Positions 52,486-61,685 of a stretch of 64,000 nt of DNA are shown here, piece by piece (within the stretch, counting starts at the first letter, position 1; every line of letters starts with the position of its first letter). The position numbers and the translations under genes were made by a program. A model generated the notes under the pieces. That model was not told the DNA's origin and searched no databases. It saw only the letters and a list, made by a program, of their open reading frames with translations. The DNA is from Candidatus Bathyarchaeota archaeon (GTDB taxonomy: Archaea > Thermoproteota > Bathyarchaeia > Bathyarchaeales > Bathycorpusculaceae), in the NCBI GenBank assembly GCA_963748475.1, contig CAVVIY010000001.1, positions 195,457 to 259,456 on the forward strand. The letters are read 5' to 3'.

Positions 52486-52549
52486 GCCGTCTGAGTAACT
52501 CTGAACTTTCATCCAATAAAGTCAAGCTAATGCCTTCTCATCATCCGGC
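52486..52549 (-). ncRNA. Box C/D dual-guide sRNA (23S helix 69 and helix 70/71 region)
   Basis: GCCG-G-ATGATGA(C)-GAAGGCATTAGC-TTGA(D')-...-ATGAAAG(C')-TTCAGAGTTACT-CAGA(D)-CGGC; terminal stem; TTTTAT ~25 nt upstream. Confidence 0.82.
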
Positions 52550-52653
52550 AAGAACAATTTAGTGTAAGCGAGATAAAAGCGTATACATTAAATTCGAGTG
52601 CAGGGAACCCTTTTATCTGCGGTTTGAACCTTATGTTATAAGGAGTTATTAGC

Positions 52654-53226
52654 ATGAATTTTATTGGTAGTCAAACAGAAAAGAACGTTTTGGCAGCCTT
52701 CGCAGGCGAGTCTCAAGCTCGGACCAGATACACTTTCTTTGCGAGCGTAGCCAGAAAAGAAGGATACGAGCAAATTGGCGGCATTTTTGATGAGACTTTA
52801 GCTAATGAGAAGGAGCATGCGGAACTGTTCTTTAAGCATCTCAAAGGTGGCATAGTTGAAATCAAGGCTTCTTACCCTGCCGGCGTTATTGCATCAACGG
52901 CTGAAAACCTCAAAGCTGCAGCTGATGGAGAAAAACTCGAGTGGGGCACACTTTACCCAAATTTTGCAGAGGTAGCCGACAAGGAAGGTTTTCCGGATGT
53001 TGCCAACACGTTCCGGATGATTGCAAAAGTAGAAGCCTACCATGAACGAAGGTACAATAAACTGCTTGAAAGCCTAAAGCAAGACAAAGTCTTCAAGAAA
53101 GAACAGACGATCAAATGGAAATGCAGAAACTGCGGTTTTGTCTTTGAAGGAAAAGAAGCGCCTGAGAAATGTCCTGTATGCGCTCATCCTAGAGCCTATT
53201 TTGAAGTTTGGGTTGAAAACTACTAG
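52654..53226 (+). CDS. rbr: Rubrerythrin
   Basis: AFAGESQA, NEKEHA, EAYH, CRNCG...CPVC. Confidence 0.95.
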   Translation: MNFIGSQTEKNVLAAFAGESQARTRYTFFASVARKEGYEQIGGIFDETLANEKEHAELFFKHLKGGIVEIKASYPAGVIASTAENLKAAADGEKLEWGTLYPNFAEVADKEGFPDVANTFRMIAKVEAYHERRYNKLLESLKQDKVFKKEQTIKWKCRNCGFVFEGKEAPEKCPVCAHPRAYFEVWVENY

Positions 53227-53556
53227 CAACCCTCTATTTTTTTTCCATATATCCATAAACAACATACAGGTTTGGAATAAGAGAACTTTTGATTGGTTCT
53301 CCTAGGGGTTGGACTTTTCAGCGGTAAAAAGGCTGGTCACTTTTAGGCTGTGTTTTTAGTTAATAATTGGTGTTTTTGCATGGATTTGTCAATTTTAGAC
53401 TTGAAAATCATTCAAAAAGTGACCTGGCTAAAGTGCTACACAAAATACTTTAAAATGCAGATATCCCGAATCAGTGAGCTTCCGGCAAGCTTATGTATGC
53501 TGGTTATGGACATATGGTTTTTTTAAAAAAATGGGCAGATTCAGAAATCTGATGCT

Positions 53557-54063
53557 TTAAACGATGTATTTGCCTGTAATTTCAAAATCTTTCACGATCT
53601 CCATTACACGCTTTGGTGCATTTAATGTTCCAAGAGGAATATCCTTTAGCAGAACCCATGGGCTTTTACATGCAACTACTGTTGCAACATGTTGTCCCCC
53701 AAAGCATTTCTTCGCAACTTCAACAACCATGTGTCTAACTTCAACCTCGGAATATTCGCCCAGTGCATGCAAATACTCGTGCAGCAAAAGATTGTACACC
53801 AAAGCATTAACCGTCGACTTAGATCTCACGGATGCCTCAACAATTTCGACCAGCGACCTGTTTAAGACAATATTGTTGGTTCCAATCGGGTAATAGGCGC
53901 CTAACTGTAGAGGTAAATCATCCAAAAACAGCATCATGCTATCTCTTCTTTTGCCCAAAGAAAACTGTACTGTGTCCTTCACGATTTGCCAGACTTCAGC
54001 GTAATTTTTGGCTGCATCTAACCTTCCGCCGAACCGCTCAATTACTTTGGAATCATCTGTCAA
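53557..54063 (-). CDS. Conserved archaeal minimal zincin-like protein
   Basis: LLHEYLHALG HExxH motif. Confidence 0.7.
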   Translation of the reverse strand: MTDDSKVIERFGGRLDAAKNYAEVWQIVKDTVQFSLGKRRDSMMLFLDDLPLQLGAYYPIGTNNIVLNRSLVEIVEASVRSKSTVNALVYNLLLHEYLHALGEYSEVEVRHMVVEVAKKCFGGQHVATVVACKSPWVLLKDIPLGTLNAPKRVMEIVKDFEITGKYIV

Positions 54064-54344
54064 AGGTAGGTCCCTTCTAAAAAAATAATCACGGGAAACG
54101 AGCCTTTAAGTTTTGCACCATCAGCGGCGCGCGGTGCGAATAAACAAAAAATTGTTTGATTAAGAAGATCCAAAAAGAACAAAAAATGGGAGTTTTGAGG
54201 GAGATTTTCTCTAATTGATATTGGTTCAATTTCCATTCCAGCTCAGTCATTATTTCAAATTCTAATGTTGTTTTCAGTTCAGAAAGATAGAAAATATAAA
54301 TACTAGAAGAAGTAATACCTTGGTATGACTGGAGTTAATTTAAG

Positions 54345-54647
54345 ATGGTCAATAAGATAGCTATCTCTATATCGAAAGAATTGGATAATGCACTAAAGAA
54401 GCTCTCGGTAGATCGGACTATATCTAGAAGTAGACTTATTGAAGTGTGTTTGCGTGAAAATCCAGATATTCTGAGAGAAATCAACAACTATCAACTTAAA
54501 GAAGCCGATATTTGCGAATTATGCAAGGATCCTTTTAAGCCAGATGATATCAAGATAGACACTCCCAAATACGGTGTGATCTGCAAAGAGTGTTGGTCTG
54601 ACAAAATGGGAGAACTTGTCGTCTCAAAGCCAATAGCCGATGCTTAG
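54345..54647 (+). CDS. Ribbon-helix-helix + zinc-finger protein
   Basis: KIAISISKELD...SRSRLIE; CELC...CKEC. Confidence 0.7.
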   Translation: MVNKIAISISKELDNALKKLSVDRTISRSRLIEVCLRENPDILREINNYQLKEADICELCKDPFKPDDIKIDTPKYGVICKECWSDKMGELVVSKPIADA

Positions 54648-55144
54648 CCAATAAGCAGTATCATATCCGCAGATTTTCCCCACAAATCGTCTTCATATTC
54701 GTGTATTCGCAGATACCCAAGATCCTCAAACCAGCCTAAAACCCCGTAATGTGCCTTGGCTTGAATAGCCTTGATTCCTTTTTCTTGCACAATATCCATC
54801 ATGAACTTGTGTAAGTAATACCCATTTCCTTTTGTCCTGTGGGCTTCTTTTATGCCGATACGGCTCAAGTAAAGAATATTTTGAACTATCCTGATAAGTA
54901 ATATTCCTATGATTTCCCCATCTTTTTCGAAAACATAAGAAAGATAGCCGTTTGTTCTCTCCTTTTCCAAATAGTAGGATAACTCAACTGATTTGCCGTC
55001 CTTACCATAATCGAATCGTTTTTCACCAGTTCTGAAAACTTGACAACAATCGTCTTTACATATTCTGCGAATAGTCAAACACAGAGCACTCAGCCTTTTC
55101 CATATTGCGTTACATCCGTATTTAAAATTATCATATGTTATCAA
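54644..55144 (-). CDS. GNAT acetyltransferase
   Basis: LSRIGIKEAHRTKGNG motif A; WFEDLGY. Confidence 0.75.
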   Translation of the reverse strand: MITYDNFKYGCNAIWKRLSALCLTIRRICKDDCCQVFRTGEKRFDYGKDGKSVELSYYLEKERTNGYLSYVFEKDGEIIGILLIRIVQNILYLSRIGIKEAHRTKGNGYYLHKFMMDIVQEKGIKAIQAKAHYGVLGWFEDLGYLRIHEYEDDLWGKSADMILLIG

Positions 55145-55254
55145 ACAGATTTCTGGTTATGGAACTAATAACTCTAAACAAATAGCGCCTTAGGCTACAC
55201 CAGAAAATTGATAAATGAGTGTGCTTTTGTTTTAGAGGTTAAGGTGAAATTTGA

Positions 55255-55677
55255 ATGGCAAGCAATGTTCTCGTAAGAGACATAATGTCAAAAGATGTTA
55301 AAACTGTGCGTAATGATACATCAGTGAAAGAAGTTGTTGCGTTAATGAACAAGTTTGACAAAGATGCAATACTTGTTGAGCAAAGTGGAAAACCGACAGG
55401 AATCATAACAGTCAAAGATGTTCTGGTGAGAGCAGTTGAACATGGTGTACCTTTGAGTACAATTATAGCAAGAATGGTCTATACAAACCCGCTGGTGACA
55501 ATTGAGGAGTCTGCAACCGTTGAAGAAGCAGCGAAACTGATGAAAGAATGGCGAATCAAGCACTTACCAATCGTTGACAAAAACGGCGGTCTCGTAGGTA
55601 TGCTAAACGATAGGGACGTAATCTACGCGGTTCCTTCTTTAATGTCAACGATGGAAGAGTTCTGTCGAACAAAATAA
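55255..55677 (+). CDS. CBS-pair protein
   Basis: VRDIMSKDV, GIITVKDV, IKHLPIVD. Confidence 0.9.
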   Translation: MASNVLVRDIMSKDVKTVRNDTSVKEVVALMNKFDKDAILVEQSGKPTGIITVKDVLVRAVEHGVPLSTIIARMVYTNPLVTIEESATVEEAAKLMKEWRIKHLPIVDKNGGLVGMLNDRDVIYAVPSLMSTMEEFCRTK

Positions 55678-56356
55678 TTTCCATATCTGATCACTCTTTT
55701 TCATCTACAACTTTTTGAAACTTAAACAATTGCTGTATTGTTTTGCAATTATGCAACTATGCTCAATTTTCAATCTTTGAATTTACTGGCAATTAAGTTT
55801 TAGAGGTGAAAAAATAGGGGCGAGTCCACTTTTTGAAGGCTCAGGTACTTAACAGTATAGTACTCATGAGGATTTTTCAGTAAGGATGTGAGCTGGTCAA
55901 TTTGCTAGCGAAAGCTAGGTACTTAAATGAGAGAAGAAGGGAGGATAGTTTTTAGTTAGTGAAGATAAGTTTAAAAATAATGTAAAGGTAGTAGGAGACA
56001 ATTTAGCTAAAGAACCACATCTAAATTTGGTTATCCCTGAAAAAGAAGCTTCGTCCGGACATTACCACCGCATCATTCCCATTAGACTTCACAATCAGTT
56101 CCCCTCCTTCTCCAACGGTGTCTTCTCCCACGCCACCTTATGCTGCACCAACTTGGAATGCGCAAACCATCGATGTAAATGGGGCGGGCGGCGGAATTGA
56201 TAATTGCCCAATTGTAGTGGATTCAAAAAAGAATTAATGACTACTTATGTGCGCCGGTAAAATAAGCTGTGTTGAGGCATTAATGAATTTAATGATAGGG
56301 CATGAGTTTGGCAAAGTTCGTACTACTCGGGGCTGGGCATCCCTACTCGGTAGGCG

Positions 56357-56464
56357 CTGGCGAGAAACATTGCCCTATAACTCCACTTTCGAGTCACCCT
56401 TCGTCAGGTTCCACTTTGCTGACGAAAATCGAGTCTCCTGCTGCCACATCTTTAGTTTCGCCAG
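56357..56464. ncRNA. Candidate structured RNA/DNA element
   Basis: Closing stem CTGGCGA/TCGCCAG; two internal hairpins whose loops share AAAGTGGA on the minus strand. Confidence 0.4.
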
Positions 56465-56516
56465 GATAACAATTTTTTTATAGTAAACAGAGATGGTACC
56501 TTGTTAAGGCTTGTTT

Positions 56517-57329
56517 TTAATTTATTTGAGCGTTATTCCGCATGTTTTCAAAATAGTTTTCTGCTAGTTTTACGATATTAGAGTTATTTGTCCATAAGCT
56601 GGGAACCATCGTATCTGAAATACATATATTCACTTCTTTGTTATCAAATATCGCCAATGTAACAGGGATAGGGGCGGAACTGTATTTGAGCTCAAATAAG
56701 GAGCTTTTCTTTAAAGCTTGTTCGTTTCTAGTCGGTTTTCCTTCACTTCTTTCTGTAATTATGCGTATTTTTACGCCTCGCTCCATCGCCCTCTTGAAGA
56801 GTTGAAACTGGTAAAATAAAGCTTTTTTTATTCCATCTGAAGATAAAATAGCATCTTGGCTTAATTGCGCCTCTGAAATTGCCTTGTCCATTTTTTTTTT
56901 AAAAAGTTTTTCTTCAGAAGTAACTATGAATTGTGAAGTCTCTTCATGAACGATCGCATTAATATTTCTTCCTTCGTCATCATTACTCACGAGTAATTTT
57001 ATTTTTTGTTGTAATGCTGTATGTTCGTTTGTTCTTTTTTGAAGCAGCATAAGGGAGCCCTCGTTTAAAGGAGTGGCTTTGTATAGTGTGGGTGTTGCTA
57101 TTATTTTTTCTGCTAGACCGAGTTTTTCAAGTGCCGGTATTATTCGATAGATGTTTTGTCTTGCAACGTTTGAAATTTTGGAGATTTTTTTTGCGTCCGC
57201 TTTTTCAAGCGCGGTTAGTGCTAAGTATGTTTTCGCCTGTAACCCGGTAAGCCCCAAATCCATTAATATCTCAATCGTTTCATCGTTTTGAAGCATTGCC
57301 ATTCCTTTGAATCGTAAAGGTTCTTTCAT
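56517..57329 (-). CDS. TrmB-family regulator (wHTH + PLD-like effector domain)
   Basis: LGLTGLQAKTYLAL...ISNVARQNIYRII..LEKLGL; RGVKIRII; AIFDNKE. Confidence 0.88.
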   Translation of the reverse strand: MKEPLRFKGMAMLQNDETIEILMDLGLTGLQAKTYLALTALEKADAKKISKISNVARQNIYRIIPALEKLGLAEKIIATPTLYKATPLNEGSLMLLQKRTNEHTALQQKIKLLVSNDDEGRNINAIVHEETSQFIVTSEEKLFKKKMDKAISEAQLSQDAILSSDGIKKALFYQFQLFKRAMERGVKIRIITERSEGKPTRNEQALKKSSLFELKYSSAPIPVTLAIFDNKEVNICISDTMVPSLWTNNSNIVKLAENYFENMRNNAQIN

Positions 57330-57443
57330 TCGTTTTTATTAATCTTTTTACCAATATTGCCCAAATTGTCAGAAGAGACACTGATTACATACCTTTAAAA
57401 AACTATGCAAGTAATAGGTCAACCAGTAGGAGAAGGAGCGATG

Positions 57444-57550
57444 GGGCTGAGAAGGCTCTGGTTAATTACGATTAGTAGGATAGTATCGTGATGGCGCATT
57501 TGCATTTGCGTTCTTTTCTCCTATAAAGTTTCCAGGGCCTCAGCAAACCT
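57444..57550. repeat. Hairpin repeat element, copy A
   Basis: GCTGAGAAGGCTCTGG...TTTCTCCTATAAAGTTTCCAGGGCCTCAGCAAACC; homologous to 60378-60474. Confidence 0.8.
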
Positions 57551-57629
57551 TTAACGTTGCTCTTTTTTGGAATCGAAATCACAAGTGCTTTACTAAAATT
57601 TTGCGAAGGCGATTTGTCAGAAGAAGCAC

Positions 57630-60311
57630 TTGTTACAAACACTTAAACATGCTTTGATGCTACATTGGAGGTACAGAATAAATGGAGAAGAAAAATACAT
57701 GAATTTTGCTAAAAACAAAACTATAGCTATTGCGATTGCTATATTCTTGATGCTTTCAATGTCAGCTTCAACGATGCTAATACCATCTGCTAGTGCACAT
57801 ACACCTGCATGGAATATTCCAACGTTCGCTTACATCGATGTTGCACCTAACCCGATCGGTGTCGGTCAGACAGTCCACGTTTATATGTGGGTTGACAAGG
57901 TAATAGCCAACGCAGCAATAAATAATGACATTCGATTCAAAAACTACGAGCTCACCATTACTGCGCCTAACGGTGCAAAAACAACACAGACTTTTGCTAC
58001 TGTCGAAGACACAACATCATCACAGTACACTACATATACTCCGACTGCAGCCGGCACGTACAACTTTACCTTTAATTTCCCAGCACAAGTATACACATAC
58101 ACCGGGCTAGTTCAGGGCTTTTTCGGTCCTCCAACGCCTAACATGTACACAAACGATACTTATCTGGCCAGTTCTGCATCAACAACGCTCACTGTGCAGT
58201 CAACACCAATCGCTTCGGCCGTATCCTCCTCTCCGCTTCCGACTGCTTACTGGACACGCCCAATATTCGGTGAGAACACTGCTTGGTGGTCGATTTCGTC
58301 AAACTGGCTTGGCAGCGGCTCTGGACAGATGTACAGCCAAAGTTTTGGATCGAACGCATATATTCCTGATGCCGTGGGATCTCAAACTAGTCATGTCATG
58401 TGGACTAAGCCGCTTCAATCTGGAGGGATTGTCGGAGGAAACGATTTTCCAGTTCAGGGAGTCGACTACATGGATGGCACTGCATACGTAACAAGATTCA
58501 GTAATCCGATAATACTTGACGGAATGCTCTACTTCCACGAACCAGTAGGAGAAACGGGAGGCAACAGTGGACCGCTTGTCTGCATTAACCTGCAAACAGG
58601 ACAACAAATTTGGAACAGCACCAGTATACCATCGCTGTCATTCGGTTACGTCTATGACATGTATAATCCCAACTACCACGGAGTTTGGCCACCAATTCTG
58701 GTTGCAAAGGTAAACGGCAATTGGCAGGGGTATGACGGCGACACAGGCGACTACTTGTTCACTGCAACTAACATTCCCTCAGGCACGACAGTATTAGGTC
58801 CTTCAGGTGAAGAATTGATTTACACCCTTTACAACGCAGGCACGCCGACGTCACCAAATTGGGAACTGTGCCAGTGGAACTCGTCCGACATGGGGGTTTG
58901 GGGTCTGATGGGGACAGGTTCACTTTTGGGCACAATTAACGGAGGCGCTGGAAGCTGTTATGACTGGAACGTTTCGATACCATGGATGAACACTATGACG
59001 TCAACGCCTACCGTAGTTGCTGCTCAATACGACGATATGATGCTTTGTTACAATGGCACTCTACCTTCAGCAGGCACATCGTTCAATGCACAAAGTGACA
59101 CTCCCTACACGTGGTTTGCTGTCAACCTCAACTCAGCTAAGGCTGCAGTGGGTACAGCGCTGTGGTGGAACACGTTAACGCCGCCAGCAGGCAACATCAC
59201 TGTCTTTCCAGGCGGATGGGATCCAAAGGCTGGTATCTTCACTGAAGCATATAAGGAAACTATGAATTTCGTGGGATTCAGCTTGGCTACAGGTCAGTAT
59301 CTGTGGGGTCCAACTCCAGAGCCAGTTGCTATGGACTACTATGGTAACGATTTTGGTGGCGATTTAGACGGTCAGTTTGCTTACGGTAACCTTTACAGCT
59401 GTGGATTCGGAGGAGTATGTTACTGCTATAACGATACGACTGGAAAGCTAGAATGGACTTATGGCAACGGCGGAACTGGTAACAGTACTAATGCTGGTTT
59501 CTACAACCCGTACGGTGATTATCCAACCATGATATGTGCTATTGGTAACGGGGTGATATACACGGAGACTGCTGAGCACACTGTCACATCCCCGATTTAC
59601 AGGGGTGCCTTAACGCGCGCTATTAACGCTACAACCGGAAAAGAAATTTGGACTCTTCCATGTTACGGCTCAAGTTGGAACATTGCTATCGCAGACGGCT
59701 ATACAACAATGCTTAACGGTTATGACATGCAAGTTTACACTGTTGGCAGAGGACCAAGCGCTACTACAGTACAGGCGCCACTGAATAGTATTACTGCAGG
59801 CGACAAAGTAATTATACAGGGCACAGTGATGGATATTTCTGCTGGCACAAAGCAAACTGAGCAGGCAGCTGACTTTCCAAATGGAGTTCCAGTGGCATCT
59901 GACGCTAGCATGAGTAATTGGATGAGTTACGTTTACCAGCAACAGCCTGAACCGACTAATTTCACAGGCGTTACGGTAACGTTGACCGCTATTGATCCGA
60001 ACAGCAATCCCATCACCCTCGGCACAGCTACAACCGACAGTAACGGCATGTTCCACTTTACTTGGACGCCTCCAAGTGTCCCAGGCACCTACTCTATCAC
60101 CGCAGCATTCGTTGGCACCAACGGTTACTGGGGTTCAAACGCAGAGACCAACATGATCGTACAAAACGCACCTGCTGCTACTGCCGCACCTACAGCTACT
60201 CCAACATCCGTCGCTAACACGTACTTTGTTCCCGCAATCGCTGGCCTATTCGTTCTAATCATCGTAGTAGCTATTGTACTAGCTCTGTTGATGCTTAGGA
60301 AGCGACCATAA
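57630..60311 (+). CDS. Large secreted PQQ-like beta-propeller surface protein (likely start at ATG 57699)
   Basis: Paralog of 34431-37118; signal peptide; TM + LRKRP. Confidence 0.85.
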   Translation: MLQTLKHALMLHWRYRINGEEKYMNFAKNKTIAIAIAIFLMLSMSASTMLIPSASAHTPAWNIPTFAYIDVAPNPIGVGQTVHVYMWVDKVIANAAINNDIRFKNYELTITAPNGAKTTQTFATVEDTTSSQYTTYTPTAAGTYNFTFNFPAQVYTYTGLVQGFFGPPTPNMYTNDTYLASSASTTLTVQSTPIASAVSSSPLPTAYWTRPIFGENTAWWSISSNWLGSGSGQMYSQSFGSNAYIPDAVGSQTSHVMWTKPLQSGGIVGGNDFPVQGVDYMDGTAYVTRFSNPIILDGMLYFHEPVGETGGNSGPLVCINLQTGQQIWNSTSIPSLSFGYVYDMYNPNYHGVWPPILVAKVNGNWQGYDGDTGDYLFTATNIPSGTTVLGPSGEELIYTLYNAGTPTSPNWELCQWNSSDMGVWGLMGTGSLLGTINGGAGSCYDWNVSIPWMNTMTSTPTVVAAQYDDMMLCYNGTLPSAGTSFNAQSDTPYTWFAVNLNSAKAAVGTALWWNTLTPPAGNITVFPGGWDPKAGIFTEAYKETMNFVGFSLATGQYLWGPTPEPVAMDYYGNDFGGDLDGQFAYGNLYSCGFGGVCYCYNDTTGKLEWTYGNGGTGNSTNAGFYNPYGDYPTMICAIGNGVIYTETAEHTVTSPIYRGALTRAINATTGKEIWTLPCYGSSWNIAIADGYTTMLNGYDMQVYTVGRGPSATTVQAPLNSITAGDKVIIQGTVMDISAGTKQTEQAADFPNGVPVASDASMSNWMSYVYQQQPEPTNFTGVTVTLTAIDPNSNPITLGTATTDSNGMFHFTWTPPSVPGTYSITAAFVGTNGYWGSNAETNMIVQNAPAATAAPTATPTSVANTYFVPAIAGLFVLIIVVAIVLALLMLRKRP

Positions 60312-60377
60312 AAATGCCAAACAAAAACATCAATTTCCCCTTTTTTAGTCTTAAAAAACAATGGAAAAAAGAGATAA

Positions 60378-60474
60378 GGGCTGAGAAGGCTCTGGTCAAA
60401 TTCACAAGAAGCAATAGCCTTTAGCAAGCTTTGCATTTCTTTCTCCTATAAAGTTTCCAGAGCCTCAGCAAACC
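60378..60474. repeat. Hairpin repeat element, copy B
   Basis: GCTGAGAAGGCTCTGG...TTTCTCCTATAAAGTTTCCAGAGCCTCAGCAAACC. Confidence 0.8.
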
Positions 60475-60541
60475 CTAAATTCTTAGATGCCGCCAATCCC
60501 TCAATGTCTTTTTTTAGGAAACATGGTTTAGCTTTTCTGAG

Positions 60542-60655
60542 TGGCAACTGGAGGGGATTTGAACCCTCGCCAAGATGCGGACATCGTCCGCACAAACCAT
60601 TTTTTTTCTTTCAGTGCACTCTCCCCTCCGCTGATATGTCGTCTCAGCACTCGCC
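60542..60655 (-). ncRNA. tRNA-like element / tRNA pseudogene
   Basis: T arm GAGGG-TTCAAATC-CCCTC; GGCGAGTG/CAGTTGCC acceptor-like stem; TGCGGAC/GTCCGCA long arm; no recognisable anticodon arm. Confidence 0.4.
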
Positions 60656-60774
60656 TTTTAAAGCGTTTTAGCTTTCAGACACAGTTATGCTCGACTTATC
60701 CAGACCTTGCGATGCCTGCGGCAAAATGATCGGTGGAGGCTTTAAATTTGGTGGCAAAAAAGAAAAAAATTTTT

Positions 60775-60940
60775 GCTTTCTTGTTAATTCTTCAATGATT
60801 TCTTTTGCTCGGTCCACCCGCACTTTTTGGTCCTTAACCATCCGTTCAGCCACTAAATCCACCAGTTCATCCTTTGCGCCCTCGGTAATTGCAATGTTTC
60901 TTGCATGCAAAGACATGTGACCGCGCTAAATCCCCTCATT
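60775..60940 (-). pseudogene. C-terminal fragment of class II HMG-CoA reductase
   Basis: NEGI*RGHMSLHARNIA...VAERMV...VRVDRAKEII corresponds to the EGIQRGHMxLHAR signature with CAG changed to TAG. Confidence 0.8.
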
Positions 60941-61002
60941 ACATCTACCAAGCTGAAGAATTACGCAGTGAAAGATAAGAGACCGCTTATCAGCGGCAAG
61001 AA

Positions 61003-61266
61003 TTACTCGTAGACAGTTCTTCTTGGACCTATGGCTATAACATAAACGATTTTGTCCTTCTCAGAAACCGTATAGATTATCCGAAGCTTTTTTCCCACAC
61101 GCAAACTGTTGTTTCCTTTTAAGTCTCCGTGAAGTCGTTTTCCACTGTAAGCCTGTTCTTCTAAACTAATTAAGCACACTCGAACTTGAACTTTGATTTT
61201 TCCCTCTAACTTCCTATAGAAATGCTCTGCTTGTTTTGACAAAACAACCGGGTACTAGGATTTCAA
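61003..61266 (-). CDS. RelE/ParE-family toxin (in-frame TAG at codon 4 if it starts at the coupled TTG)
   Basis: GKRLHGDLKGNNSLRVG.KLRIIY...VYVIAIGPRRTVY. Confidence 0.8.
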
Positions 61267-61481
61267 CAGGCTTCTTCCTTCAGAAGCGTACGTAACTCCT
61301 TTACTCTTCCAGCTTTAACATCATCTTGCCCTTGCTGAATATCCTTCATCATCTCTGGGTCGCTTAGAATCTTGAAGGTTTCCATCAGTTCCCCCATAAG
61401 CTCGGTAGCTTCATCAAGCTTTTGCTTGGTTTCACGGAGAAGCTTACGATCTTCCTCATCTAAACGCACAGTTTTAGCCAT
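61263..61481 (-). CDS. Antitoxin
   Basis: LMETFKILSDPEMMKDIQQGQDDVKAGRV, typical antitoxin C-terminus; overlaps the toxin start. Confidence 0.75.
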   Translation of the reverse strand: MAKTVRLDEEDRKLLRETKQKLDEATELMGELMETFKILSDPEMMKDIQQGQDDVKAGRVKELRTLLKEEAC

Positions 61482-61685
61482 CAAACCACTTGACCATACA
61501 AATGCAAACTGACTTATAAATTTGAAAAAAAGCACCTCTACAACAGTTTAATGAGTTATTGTGGCTTCCATGCGCAACTGAATGCTTTGCGCTCGCAGGG
61601 CTAACACACATGGAACCTTATCGCCTCACATTATCCAGACACTTAAATGGGTCTTGGGCGATTTATTTTAAAGTTCGTAATTAAC

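Noticed and set aside
54345..55144. RHH + GNAT as a type II toxin-antitoxin operon
   Set aside because: The genes are convergent, not co-transcribed as in AtaRT/TacAT.
56050..56237. Short plus-strand reading frame (PTWNAQTIDVNG...CPIVVDS)
   Set aside because: No start codon and truncated; at most a surface-protein remnant.
56385..56430. Hammerhead ribozyme (CTGACGA...GAAA)
   Set aside because: Stem II does not close properly and CTGACGAA is tied up in another hairpin.
60542..60655. tRNA-Sec
   Set aside because: No anticodon stem-loop with TCA.
37264..61257. Pyrrolysine or amber read-through, suggested by three in-frame TAG codons
   Set aside because: Two lie in obvious gene stubs, TAG ends normal genes here (e.g. 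rbr), and no pyl genes are seen; decay is the simpler explanation.
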